A stretch of 32,000 bases of DNA from Candidatus Thorarchaeota archaeon (GTDB lineage: Archaea > Asgardarchaeota > Heimdallarchaeia > Hodarchaeales > Hodarchaeaceae): the NCBI GenBank assembly GCA_048882505.1, contig JBHLRO010000022.1, positions 1 to 32,000 of the forward strand. Reading direction: 5' to 3'. The notes under the pieces were generated by a model, which did not search any database, was not told the DNA's origin, and worked only from the letters and a program-made list of their open reading frames with translations. Below are positions 1 to 8,932 of this stretch, piece after piece (the stretch's first letter is position 1; each line of letters starts with the position of its first letter). The translations under genes were made by a program, and so were the position numbers.

Positions 1-28
1 GCGTTTTCCCATCAAGATTTGAGCCAGC

Positions 29-460
29 TTATTTTTTATTTCCAAATAACAATACAAAGACCTTTCGTTCACGAGGCTCATTGTATTCAATAAAGTAAAC
101 GCGTTGCCATGGCCCAAGAACCAGTTTTCCATTTTCAATACCCAGGAAAACCGAATTTCCGATTATCTGTGCTTTCACGTGAGATGCAGCGTCTAACGGA
201 GTTTCTTCGGTATGGTGCCAGTTCCTGCCTTCCGGTATCAATTGCCATAGCACTTCAGAAACATCCATTCCCACTCCCGGATCTGAACCTTCGTTAATAA
301 CAACACCAGTGGTAGTATGCAGGCTATACGCGATCATAAGACCTGTCCTGATAGGGGTTGCTTCACTGAAATCTATGAGGTTCTGGGTAATATCATAATA
401 TTCCCCAGCCTTTTTTGTTTTTACGATAATATATTTGGTAAAGAATTCAATGTCGGGCAT
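29..460 (-). CDS. yjbQ: YjbQ/UPF0047 family protein (secondary thiamine-phosphate synthase-like)
   Basis: Motifs HTTTGVVINE, HxxE...AASHVKA, GKLVLGPWQRVYFIEY..PRER. ATG at 460 preferred over the ORF-track GTG at 469. Confidence 0.9.
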   Translation of the reverse strand: MPDIEFFTKYIIVKTKKAGEYYDITQNLIDFSEATPIRTGLMIAYSLHTTTGVVINEGSDPGVGMDVSEVLWQLIPEGRNWHHTEETPLDAASHVKAQIIGNSVFLGIENGKLVLGPWQRVYFIEYNEPRERKVFVLLFGNKK

Positions 461-536
461 CAGGATCACTTGTTTTATAGATGGAATAAAAAGAATAGCA
501 TAGGTTAGTGTGGTTGATTATGTACCTCACTTTATA

Positions 537-549
537 GCTCAAATTGAGC
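537..549. promoter_or_regulatory. Perfect 6-1-6 palindrome GCTCAA-A-TTGAGC in the divergent yjbQ/btpA intergenic region; candidate operator
   Basis: Read directly from the sequence; function inferred from position only. Confidence 0.3.
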
Positions 550-622
550 GGTCTAGTGTGCACAACCTTAGATATTTTTAAAGAAAAGCTCTAACAAAAA
601 AAACAAAATAACCCCCTGAATT

Positions 623-649
623 GTTCATCAAGAATGATCTTCGATGAAC
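623..649. promoter_or_regulatory. Inverted repeat GTTCATC-N13-GATGAAC upstream of btpA; candidate operator or hairpin
   Basis: 7-bp perfect arms. The inner AAGA/TCTT can extend the stem with one bulged C. Confidence 0.3.
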
Positions 650-710
650 TTTCTGTATCAAATTTTATTTAATTGCGCAAAACCGTATATATTGCTCAAG
701 GAGAATCAAA

Positions 711-1514
711 ATGACATTTTTGAAAGATTTATTTCGAGTTGAAAAGCCAGTTATTGGTATGGTTCACTTTCCACCGCTCCCTGGTACATATGAATACGAT
801 GACAAAACGGGAATGGAAACAATTATATCTAGTGCTCGTTCTGATATAAACGCCTTACAAGATGGTGATATTGATGGCTTACTGTTTTGTAATGAAGGGG
901 ACCGACCATATGCTAAAGGAGTGGACAAAATAATCGCCGCCTCAATGGCAGCTGCGATAGGTGAACTGAAAACAGAAATATCAATCCCTTTCGGCGTGGA
1001 CATTATGTGGGATCCGATTGCAGCGCTAGCGGTAGCAAAAGCGACTAGAGCCAAATATGTTCGGGGAGTATTCACAGGAGCCTTCGCGGGGGATATGGGT
1101 TTTTTTGATCCACCTGGAGCAGAAGCTTTTCGCTATAAAAAGGCAGTCGAAGCTTTTGAGGTTAAAGTTTTCAGCATTGTAAATGCGGAATTTGCTCATC
1201 CCCTAGATAGACGGTCACTTGCCCTTATTGCAAAAGGTACCGTGTTCGTTGGAATCGCTGACGCTCTTTGTGTCTCTGGCCCAATGACTGGGATGGAGGC
1301 TCGATTAGATGAGTTACGAATTGTAAAAGAAAATTCTATGGGGGCTCCTGTTATGATAAACACAGGGGCAAGAAAAGACAATATTTCAAAACAACTCGAT
1401 ATTGCTGACGGTGTGATTGTAGGTACGAGTCTTAAATTTGATGGGGACACATGGAAAAACGTTGATCCAAGAAGGGTGACAGAATTCATGGAGATTGTAA
1501 AAACCAAAAGATGA
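711..1514 (+). CDS. btpA: BtpA/SgcQ family TIM-barrel protein
   Basis: IGMVHFPPLPG, DGLLFCNEGDRPY, PFGVDIMWD, ADALCVSGPMTG, ADGVIVGTSLK motifs. SD-like AAGGAG at 698-703. Confidence 0.9.
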   Translation: MTFLKDLFRVEKPVIGMVHFPPLPGTYEYDDKTGMETIISSARSDINALQDGDIDGLLFCNEGDRPYAKGVDKIIAASMAAAIGELKTEISIPFGVDIMWDPIAALAVAKATRAKYVRGVFTGAFAGDMGFFDPPGAEAFRYKKAVEAFEVKVFSIVNAEFAHPLDRRSLALIAKGTVFVGIADALCVSGPMTGMEARLDELRIVKENSMGAPVMINTGARKDNISKQLDIADGVIVGTSLKFDGDTWKNVDPRRVTEFMEIVKTKR

Positions 1515-1664
1515 AATCGGTTAGGGTCGGACAATTTACGATAGAAAAGCGATTCTTTATTAGAAAAACTTGAAAGTATGTCATTTACTCGGTATTTCTT
1601 ACGGTTTCCGTCCGAAGTGGCTATCTAGAGTTTCTAGGTCCATCTATATTGGAGTTAATAGGAT

Positions 1665-3425
1665 ATGAACAAGATTTTTCGAATCAATATGACAGAATTG
1701 ACTGTGAATTGGGAGGATTTGCCAAAAAAGTACTCAGAATTAGGCGGAAGAGGGTTAACTTCTAACATTATATATGATGAAGTAGATCCAACGTGTGATG
1801 CTTTGGATTCTCAAAATAAGTTTGTAGTTGCTCCAGGGTTTATTACTGGGACAAATGCACCTACATCGGGACGTTTATCGGTCGGAGCGAAGTCTCCCCT
1901 AACTGGAACGATCAAAGAAGCAAATGCTGGAGGTCTGAGTCCCCAAAAACTAGGACGACTAGGAATAAGGGCATTAATAATTGAAGGAATGCCTCAATGG
2001 AATGATTGGTACAATATTTATATCACGAAAGAGAAATGTGAGATCGTAAAGGCCAACGAATATGCTGGAATGGGATTATACAAGCTAATAGAGAAGTTAT
2101 GGGAAAAATACCCAAATAAACCAGGGATTTTCGGATGTGGTTTGGCTGGTCAAAAATTAATGCTTTCTGCTGGGATTTTTGGAAATAATCCAGACAATAC
2201 AGATCCAGGTCGGTACGCTGCGAGAGGTGGACTTGGTGCCGTGCTCGGGTCGAAGAAAGTTATAGCGATAATAGTGGATGATTCTGGTACAACAAGATTG
2301 AAACCTCAAAATCAAGAGATGTTTGATATCGGCAGGAAAAAGTTGGTAAAGGGTCTAGTTCAGCATGAAGCCAAAGAAGCGCTCGCAGATTATGGTACCG
2401 AAGGATTGATGAACGTCATGAACGAATCAGGGGGATTACCCACAAGAAGCTGGCATAGAGGCCATTTCTCAAAGGCAGATAAAATTTCAGGGGAGGTAAT
2501 TCATGAGCTCGTTGCTCAAACGAAAAAGAAGTTTCCGAAGTCTCAGGCGAGAACTGGTTGGCCGTGTAATCCTGGTTGCGTTATCGCGTGTGCAAACAAA
2601 GTCCCGTACCCATTAGATCATAAAAAGGCAGGAGAAGTTCATGTCTCAACTCTTGAATACGAAACTGCAATGGCGCTGGGGTCTTTGTGTGAAATCGATT
2701 CCTTGTATCATCTAGCGGAATTAAATCGAATTTGCAATGATCTGGGAGTAGATACCATTGAAACAGGGAATACCATCGCATTGGCGATGGAGGCAGGCTT
2801 GTTAGAATTTGGCGATGGGGCTGCTGCGGTAGATTTATTAAATAAAATCGCATCTGATGAACCAATAGGCCTATTACTTGGTTTAGGGGCCTTGAGATTT
2901 GGCCAAGCATATGGAATAAGCACGAAAGTTGCTCATGCTAAGGGCCAATCCTTACCTGCATTCGATCCAAGACCACTCAAAGGAATAGGCATAACCTACG
3001 CTACTAGTCCTCAAGGAGGAGATCATACAGCTGGGTATACCATTTTTTCAGAAGTCGAAGGCGTTAATCCTGTGGATCCGATGGATACCAAGAAAGGTGA
3101 ATTATCTCGATTCTATCAATCATTCACCGCTTTTATTGACTCCATTGGATATTGTTTGTTTACAGCTTATTCATTATTAGATATTCCATCTGCAATGGAA
3201 GGAATGCTTGAAACGGCTAAAGCGATGCTCAACTTAGATTATTTAGATATTGAAGAATACGGAATGAAAATCCTCAAACTGGAACGTGAATTTAACAAGA
3301 AAGCTGGATTCACCAAAAAACATGATAGGATTCCAAAATTCTTTTATGAAATTCCTCTACCCCCGCATAATGTCGTATTTGATGTTCTAGAGGATGAAAT
3401 AAGAAAAGTGTTTAGCGACGATTAG
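1665..3425 (+). CDS. aor: Aldehyde:ferredoxin oxidoreductase family (tungsten-pterin, 4Fe-4S)
   Basis: LGGRGL, KSPLTGTIKEANAGG, ARGGLGAVLGSKK, CNPGCVIAC Fe-S motif, EYET, DLGVDTIE, GGDH, GYCLF. Substrate unknown. Confidence 0.92.
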   Translation: MNKIFRINMTELTVNWEDLPKKYSELGGRGLTSNIIYDEVDPTCDALDSQNKFVVAPGFITGTNAPTSGRLSVGAKSPLTGTIKEANAGGLSPQKLGRLGIRALIIEGMPQWNDWYNIYITKEKCEIVKANEYAGMGLYKLIEKLWEKYPNKPGIFGCGLAGQKLMLSAGIFGNNPDNTDPGRYAARGGLGAVLGSKKVIAIIVDDSGTTRLKPQNQEMFDIGRKKLVKGLVQHEAKEALADYGTEGLMNVMNESGGLPTRSWHRGHFSKADKISGEVIHELVAQTKKKFPKSQARTGWPCNPGCVIACANKVPYPLDHKKAGEVHVSTLEYETAMALGSLCEIDSLYHLAELNRICNDLGVDTIETGNTIALAMEAGLLEFGDGAAAVDLLNKIASDEPIGLLLGLGALRFGQAYGISTKVAHAKGQSLPAFDPRPLKGIGITYATSPQGGDHTAGYTIFSEVEGVNPVDPMDTKKGELSRFYQSFTAFIDSIGYCLFTAYSLLDIPSAMEGMLETAKAMLNLDYLDIEEYGMKILKLEREFNKKAGFTKKHDRIPKFFYEIPLPPHNVVFDVLEDEIRKVFSDD

Positions 3426-3802
3426 TGGACCGTTAAAAGGGCAAATCCAGGGTTCATCCATTTTGCAGTTGTAGATCTTAACATTCCTTTTTTCAGGTGC
3501 TCAGAAACTAGGGCTTCCATTGTTTGGGATAAATACTCTTTTTTTCTACTCGCCTTACTTCCTCTCAGAAATATGTCGTAAAATGGGGGATGTTCCGACA
3601 ATATCTAGCCAATTATCCTTCTGGTTTACATCCCTTCGATCTAGGTTGATCAGATCTTCTCCCCAGTTGTTTGCATGACGCAGGTTTCGCGTTTAAAGGA
3701 TATGTCAAACACGGATTGATTGGCTGAGTATTTATTTCACCAAGGGGTGTGTCATCCAACCCTATTTTAGTGTATTTGACTGAGAAGTCATTTGTGAGAT
3801 AA

Positions 3803-3994
3803 ATGCTAAAGGAATATGTGGCAATCCCCAAAAAACTAAGAACAATTCAGGCACCAGGAAACAGGATTGAATTATGGATCAATGATAAGCCAATCTCTCG
3901 TTTGATAGATTTACCTAAAAATGAAAGGCCATTTGTACGTGATTTTATCCGGAATATGGAGGTTTTGGGTTGGAAAGTTCTGGTAAAAGTCTAG
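3803..3994 (+). CDS. Small hypothetical protein (63 aa)
   Basis: ATG start and protein-like composition. Its stop lies 4 bp from the stop of the convergent HEAT gene. No family recognised. Confidence 0.45.
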   Translation: MLKEYVAIPKKLRTIQAPGNRIELWINDKPISRLIDLPKNERPFVRDFIRNMEVLGWKVLVKV

Positions 3995-3998
3995 CTGA

Positions 3999-5270
3999 CT
4001 ACTGAGGGGAAAACTGGGATGATTGTAAATCGTGTATGAGAGAATCTAGCACCTGATGAAGACCGATGAACTCCTCATCGTTTTCTGGGGTATGTTCTTT
4101 CAATATTTGAACTAGGTTTAGGACTGTCCTGTCATCTCTGGTCTTGCGCAGCTGTTGGAAGAACTGACCATAGCTTTTGGCTCCTTCTTCCGCTAGGATA
4201 TCCCCAATTCGCCCATAATAGATCTCGGAAATCGTCTGATCAGCCAGTAATTCGATAAGAATTGGAAAACAGATCTCTTTGTTTGCCAAACACACCGTTT
4301 TTATCATAGTATGTTCCTCGGTTTGGGCGGAATCAAGCTGGGCGATCAGTCTTTTAAAGGATGCTTCACTTCCAATGGTTCGAAGGGCGTACAAGGCTTG
4401 CATACGTGTAAATTCGCCTTTAGTGGTGTCATTGAGGATCTGATCAAGTACTGGTATACCTTTGTCGTTTTTAATCCGCCCTATTGTTTCAACCAATGAC
4501 CCACAGATTATGTCGGAATCACACATTTGCAGGGCTTTAACAAGATCCGGAATTGCAGATTCGCCATATCGTGCAACAACTGATTGAACCAGCTTATCTG
4601 CTTGTTGGTCAAAACGGCCAATCATTCCCACCAGTGTAGCGATGGCTGAATTTTCTTTCATCTCCTCCAAAGCATACCCTGCGGTGATCCGAACTTGCGT
4701 GTCGATATCTTCGTTGTTCAAAACTTCGAGCATCTTTGCTGCAGCGGGTTTGGCATATTCTTTCATGGCGGCCAAGATAAATCCAAGGCGTTGCTGTCTT
4801 TCCGCTGTTTCCACGTCAAATACTTCCAAAATCGATGGGATCCGCTCTTGCCAGCACAATTCCCACAAAGGTTGGTTATGGCATCTATTGAAAACAGTCA
4901 GATCAAACGGAGCAAGTTGCTCTGCCATACAATTAAAAGTGAGTTGTCGACGTTGTAAAAACTGGCATTTGGTGGGGTAGTTCATATAAGGAAGCTGAGT
5001 TTGACTTGCTGCTCTTTGATAGGCGACTGCCTCAAATAGGCGATTGACTCCAGCAAAGGTATAAGGCAGCAACCATAAAATCGCAACGATAACCACTATA
5101 AGCCCCAGAATTCCCAAACTTAAGAAGAAGGGCATATATGTAAACAAAATGATCCAGGTAAGTCCACTCAAGGCTAGCGTTAGGAGACCGCGTACAAGAT
5201 CGCCAGAGAAGGTTGGAACTTTTGCGGGTACTTTAACAGGATCAGGAAGGGAGTGTTCTTCTAATGTCAT
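3999..5270 (-). CDS. Membrane-anchored HEAT/PBS-lyase repeat protein
   Basis: Two N-terminal hydrophobic helices (LLTLALSGLTWIILF; LSLGILGLIVVIVAILWLL), then HEAT-like repeats (VRITAGYALEEM..AIATLV; LVETIGRI..KGIPVL; RMQALYALRTIG). Confidence 0.8.
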   Translation of the reverse strand: MTLEEHSLPDPVKVPAKVPTFSGDLVRGLLTLALSGLTWIILFTYMPFFLSLGILGLIVVIVAILWLLPYTFAGVNRLFEAVAYQRAASQTQLPYMNYPTKCQFLQRRQLTFNCMAEQLAPFDLTVFNRCHNQPLWELCWQERIPSILEVFDVETAERQQRLGFILAAMKEYAKPAAAKMLEVLNNEDIDTQVRITAGYALEEMKENSAIATLVGMIGRFDQQADKLVQSVVARYGESAIPDLVKALQMCDSDIICGSLVETIGRIKNDKGIPVLDQILNDTTKGEFTRMQALYALRTIGSEASFKRLIAQLDSAQTEEHTMIKTVCLANKEICFPILIELLADQTISEIYYGRIGDILAEEGAKSYGQFFQQLRKTRDDRTVLNLVQILKEHTPENDEEFIGLHQVLDSLIHDLQSSQFSPQ

Positions 5271-5420
5271 GTTTCATCTTTTCCGCTCAGCATCATAAAA
5301 ATAGCTCTCTAAATAATATGGAGATGCCAGAAAGACCGATTTTATTTGAGAGTTTTGAAGTATGAAAAGAAAAAAGCAATAATATTTATAATCTATCGGC
5401 TGCACTAATAAAGGTTTTGG

Positions 5421-5849
5421 TCATTCCTCCTCACCCGAAATGGCTCGTTTATTGAGTAGTGTGCTCTTTAGCTTCGCGACAAAATCATGGTAATCGGTTT
5501 CACTCCATTCCTGGGAGATAATTCCTTCCTCTTCGAGCTGGATTAGAGTTTGATCTATGATCTCTTCTATCAAGCTGGACTCTTCACGGCTGGATTCGAA
5601 ATGTTGTAGTAAAGCGTCTTCGCCCTTCGGAGTTATTTTAACAAACGTTTTTTTACCACGACGTTCCCTAACAACTAGACCATCATCTTCAAGGTCCTTT
5701 AATGTAATATAAAGTCCTTTTTTGGAGATCTGGAGTTTTTCCATCAAGGATCCGAAATTGATAATTGATTCTTCCGTCAGGATCTTTAGGAGGGGGAGTC
5801 CAAATGATCTTCGTGACAAACTTTTCAGTGAATGATTTTCTACGGACAT
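5421..5849 (-). CDS. Winged helix-turn-helix transcriptional regulator with acidic C-terminal extension
   Basis: FGSLMEKLQISKKGLYITLKDLEDDGLVVRERRGKKTFVKITPKG is a typical wHTH recognition helix plus wing. Confidence 0.8.
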   Translation of the reverse strand: MSVENHSLKSLSRRSFGLPLLKILTEESIINFGSLMEKLQISKKGLYITLKDLEDDGLVVRERRGKKTFVKITPKGEDALLQHFESSREESSLIEEIIDQTLIQLEEEGIISQEWSETDYHDFVAKLKSTLLNKRAISGEEE

Positions 5850-5906
5850 TCTTCACCCGAAACTTATATAGTTCAAAAATGGGAAAAAGAAAGGTTATAC
5901 TCGGTC

Positions 5907-6413
5907 TCAGGTCTCTGAATAGCCTGGAACCGTCTTTAGCTGACTGATAAACCAGTCCTTATCTTCTTTTTTCTTGATTTTAGTACCTGCTTCATTTGCA
6001 AGATCGAGGTATTTTTTAACCTCATCTGACTCATTGCCAGAAACAGAGAAGGCTCTAGCCATCCCTTCGTAGGCAAATGCAATGTCGAAATCGCCGATAT
6101 TGTTTTCCTGACAAATCTTAAGGCACCTCTGAGCGTGATATTTGGCAGATTCGGCGTTTTCAGTGAGGCAATAAACACGGGAAACCTGCCAATCTCCTCG
6201 TTCGAGGTTAATGGGCCCAGTTTTCGGGTACTTTCCAGAAGCTACGACAACTCCCCAATGATAACGGGAAGCGTGAGATGAGTGAATCATCTCATCGTTT
6301 TCTTCCTGATTTCTTTCTTCTTTATCCATTAAATCCCAAGTTTGATTGAACAGTTTTGCAGCGATTTTTCGATGCCATTCCAATTCTGTTAATTTTTCAT
6401 TTCCTTCAGACAT
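5907..6413 (-). CDS. Conserved hypothetical all-helical protein
   Basis: Motifs FNQTWDLM, MIHSSHASRYHW, RGDWQVSRVY, DIAFAYEGMARA resemble a widespread uncharacterised bacterial family (recalled, not searched). Confidence 0.75.
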   Translation of the reverse strand: MSEGNEKLTELEWHRKIAAKLFNQTWDLMDKEERNQEENDEMIHSSHASRYHWGVVVASGKYPKTGPINLERGDWQVSRVYCLTENAESAKYHAQRCLKICQENNIGDFDIAFAYEGMARAFSVSGNESDEVKKYLDLANEAGTKIKKKEDKDWFISQLKTVPGYSET

Positions 6414-6481
6414 TTACAAACCTCTTTTTATTCACTTGATATTCACTGCTCATATAGAGTCTTGAACCAAGTTCTTACGTG

Positions 6482-6527
6482 GAGTACCCCTGAGTACCCT
6501 TTATATGAGTACCCCTGAGTACCCTTT
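6482..6527. repeat. Two perfect 21-bp direct repeats GAGTACCCCTGAGTACCCTTT (6482-6502, 6507-6527), each containing two GAGTACCC units
   Basis: Read directly. Octamer starts at 6482, 6492, 6507, 6517. Confidence 0.95.
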
Positions 6528-6612
6528 TTGATGTTGGAAATACGTTTGTACTTCCGATTTGTTGGCATATTATTTGAAGGAAATAGCGGATTATTGCTTG
6601 GTTGGCTTGTTT

Positions 6613-7458
6613 ATGGAATACGAAACAGAGGAATTGACGGATGATGTCAGGGCAACTATTTCGGGAGATTTCATTGAACTTACAGATGGAATCGTTCATT
6701 ACGAGCTGGCGGGCCCATTAGAGGGAAAGAATATAGTTTTGGTTCACGGATTTTCTTCTCCCATGAGCCCAGTCTGGGATAATAATTTTACTTATTTGAC
6801 AAGAAAATTCAGGGTCTTGAGATATGACTTGTTTGGACGTGGTTACTCGGATAGACCAAATATTCAATATGATGTCAATTTGTACATTCGTCAACTCGAA
6901 GAGCTATTGACTCGATTAGAGCTCACAGAAAAACGGGTAAATCTTGTAGGGTTATCCATGGGTGGCATTATCTGTGTTGTGTTCGCCGTTACACACCATG
7001 AGAGGGTTTTAAAACTCTCTTTGATAGATCCCGCGGGCTGTGAGACTACAGCTGAGTTGATTCCCTCAGAAGATATTTGGAAAATGTGGGATCATGAAGT
7101 TATGATCGAAGGTCAACGAGAAGATTTCCATAACACTGATCAGAAGGTCATAGACGATTATCTCGTGAAATATAAAGAGCAAACACGGTTTAAAGGGTTC
7201 CTAAGAGCAATAAAATCCACAATTGAACACGTTCCATTCACAAAGTTTGGTGCAGCTTACAGGAAGGTAGGAAAGTACGACATCCCTGTTCAGTTGATTT
7301 GGGGCAAAGAAGATCGGACCATACCATTTTCCTCCAGTTCCGCTGTGATCAAAGCGATCCCTCACCTCCAGTTTTATCCAATAGAAAGAGCGGGCCACAT
7401 TCCAAACTATACGCATTCACGTCAAGTCAATCAATTACTTGGGGATTTTTTGTCCTAG
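6613..7458 (+). CDS. Alpha/beta hydrolase fold protein
   Basis: VLVHGF, YDLFGRGYSD, nucleophile elbow GLSMGG, IWGKEDRTI, catalytic His in AGHIP. ATG 6613 preferred over the ORF-track start at 6559. Confidence 0.92.
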   Translation: MEYETEELTDDVRATISGDFIELTDGIVHYELAGPLEGKNIVLVHGFSSPMSPVWDNNFTYLTRKFRVLRYDLFGRGYSDRPNIQYDVNLYIRQLEELLTRLELTEKRVNLVGLSMGGIICVVFAVTHHERVLKLSLIDPAGCETTAELIPSEDIWKMWDHEVMIEGQREDFHNTDQKVIDDYLVKYKEQTRFKGFLRAIKSTIEHVPFTKFGAAYRKVGKYDIPVQLIWGKEDRTIPFSSSSAVIKAIPHLQFYPIERAGHIPNYTHSRQVNQLLGDFLS

Positions 7459-7669
7459 GAGGAGGGGACCTCAAGAGAATGGACACGTTACTTTGGCAGC
7501 ACTTTTTTCTTGACATTTCTTGACATTGCAGAACGTCTATAATCAAGAAGATTCGTTATGCGAGTGGGCATTTAATGAAGACCAAATATGAGAAAAATAT
7601 CAAAAAGAAACCTCAGCAGACGGTGTCTATGGAATTCGTTCCACAAATATATCGCCTTGGGACGTTACT

Positions 7670-8917
7670 TTGAACAATTCTCGACTTAATGACACTAAAG
7701 TTCCCTCCAAAAGGATCCCAATTCTATTTCGTCATTCGGTGCCCGAAATCCCAACAACTACGTATGGAGCCTTCGCATTATACAAATATCCAGCAAAATT
7801 TATACCTCAGGTAATTGCGTACGTTTTAAAGAATTTTGCTGAGCCTGACATGAAAATATTCGATCCTTTTGCAGGATACGGTACTGTTGGAGCCGTGTCA
7901 CGGGTATATGGATTTGATTATGAATTATGGGACCTCAATCCTTTACTTGGAACTATCCATGACACCATATTGTCAAAAGAGTCCAGTCTTAATTTTACTA
8001 GGCTATTAAATGAGCTGAAGCATTCCTCAGATGAGTTCATACCGAAATGGAAGAACCTCGATTACTGGTTTCCTGAAGAATTTCTTTCTACTCTTATAAA
8101 AACTTGGGGTTATATTCATACTCTTCCCAAAAACAGTAGTTTACAGAAAAAACTGACGATTCCTATGATTAATGTAACCCGTTACTTCTCCTGGTGCGAT
8201 GAAAAAGTTCATAAATTATACAAGTCTAAATATTCAAAAAAAAAGGTTGACGAACTTTTACAGGGGAATTGGAAATCAAGATTCTATTTAATGCTGGAGA
8301 AGGAGATTCGAGATCTTCTGGCCAAATTGGAGGAATATGAATTTTTAAAACCAAAAGCCGTGAATTACACGATAAGACATGGCGTAGATACCCTCGAAAC
8401 GGCTTTGGATGATGAAAAACATATTCTTCTCACGTCTCCACCGTATTTACAGGCCCAAGAATACATTCGATCGACGAAATTGGGTTTATATTGGTTAGGA
8501 TATGATGATGCAACGATTAGGGCCCTAAGCAAAAAAGAAATCCCCTATCGATCCGTTGATAAAATTAGGATAAAATCAAATCTATATTACGAGTGTAAGG
8601 ATAAGATAGATAATGAAAAGCTAAAGGAATTGTATGAGAGGTATTTTCACTCAATCTTGAAAGCTATTACAAATCTGGCACAGAAAATCAGTGATTATTT
8701 ATGTATTTTCATCGGTCCCGCCTCTATACGAACCGTGCCAGTTCCTATTGACGATATTATTGTAGAACATATGCAAGAACACGGGTGGATTCACGATGTG
8801 ACCTTCATCGACACAATAGTTGGCCATGTGATGTTTAAATCGCGAATAAATCCCGCCACTGGCCTTAAAAATAAGCGAATTCAATATGAACATCTTGCTA
8901 TTCTTAAGAAAGAATGA
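7670..8917 (+). CDS. DNA amino-methyltransferase, alpha motif order, probably N4-cytosine (SPPY)
   Basis: Motif X YKYPAKFIPQ and motif I FDPFAGYGT near the N-terminus; motif IV TSPPY (~8432-8446) after the variable region. TTG start is uncertain. Confidence 0.85.
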   Translation: MNNSRLNDTKVPSKRIPILFRHSVPEIPTTTYGAFALYKYPAKFIPQVIAYVLKNFAEPDMKIFDPFAGYGTVGAVSRVYGFDYELWDLNPLLGTIHDTILSKESSLNFTRLLNELKHSSDEFIPKWKNLDYWFPEEFLSTLIKTWGYIHTLPKNSSLQKKLTIPMINVTRYFSWCDEKVHKLYKSKYSKKKVDELLQGNWKSRFYLMLEKEIRDLLAKLEEYEFLKPKAVNYTIRHGVDTLETALDDEKHILLTSPPYLQAQEYIRSTKLGLYWLGYDDATIRALSKKEIPYRSVDKIRIKSNLYYECKDKIDNEKLKELYERYFHSILKAITNLAQKISDYLCIFIGPASIRTVPVPIDDIIVEHMQEHGWIHDVTFIDTIVGHVMFKSRINPATGLKNKRIQYEHLAILKKE

Positions 8918-8932
8918 TACAGGCTTTGAGAT

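Noticed and set aside
3613-3831. 72-aa minus-strand ORF
   Set aside because: No motifs, atypical composition, and it overlaps the more plausible 3803-3994 ORF.
6482-6527. Repeat considered as a mini-CRISPR array
   Set aside because: Only two 21-bp units separated by 4 bp, no unique spacers, and no cas genes in the window.
7507-7543. Tandem TTCTTGACAT x2 plus TATAAT resembling a bacterial sigma70 promoter before the MTase island
   Set aside because: Spacing from TTGACA to TATAAT is 22 or 12 bp, not ~17, so neither pairing is canonical. Probably a 10-bp slippage duplication.
8236-8244. A9 tract in the SPPY MTase as a phase-variation switch
   Set aside because: The frame is intact, the tract encodes a Lys run in AT-rich DNA, and similar runs occur elsewhere. 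Read-level length variation would be needed. No SSR tract was seen in mod.
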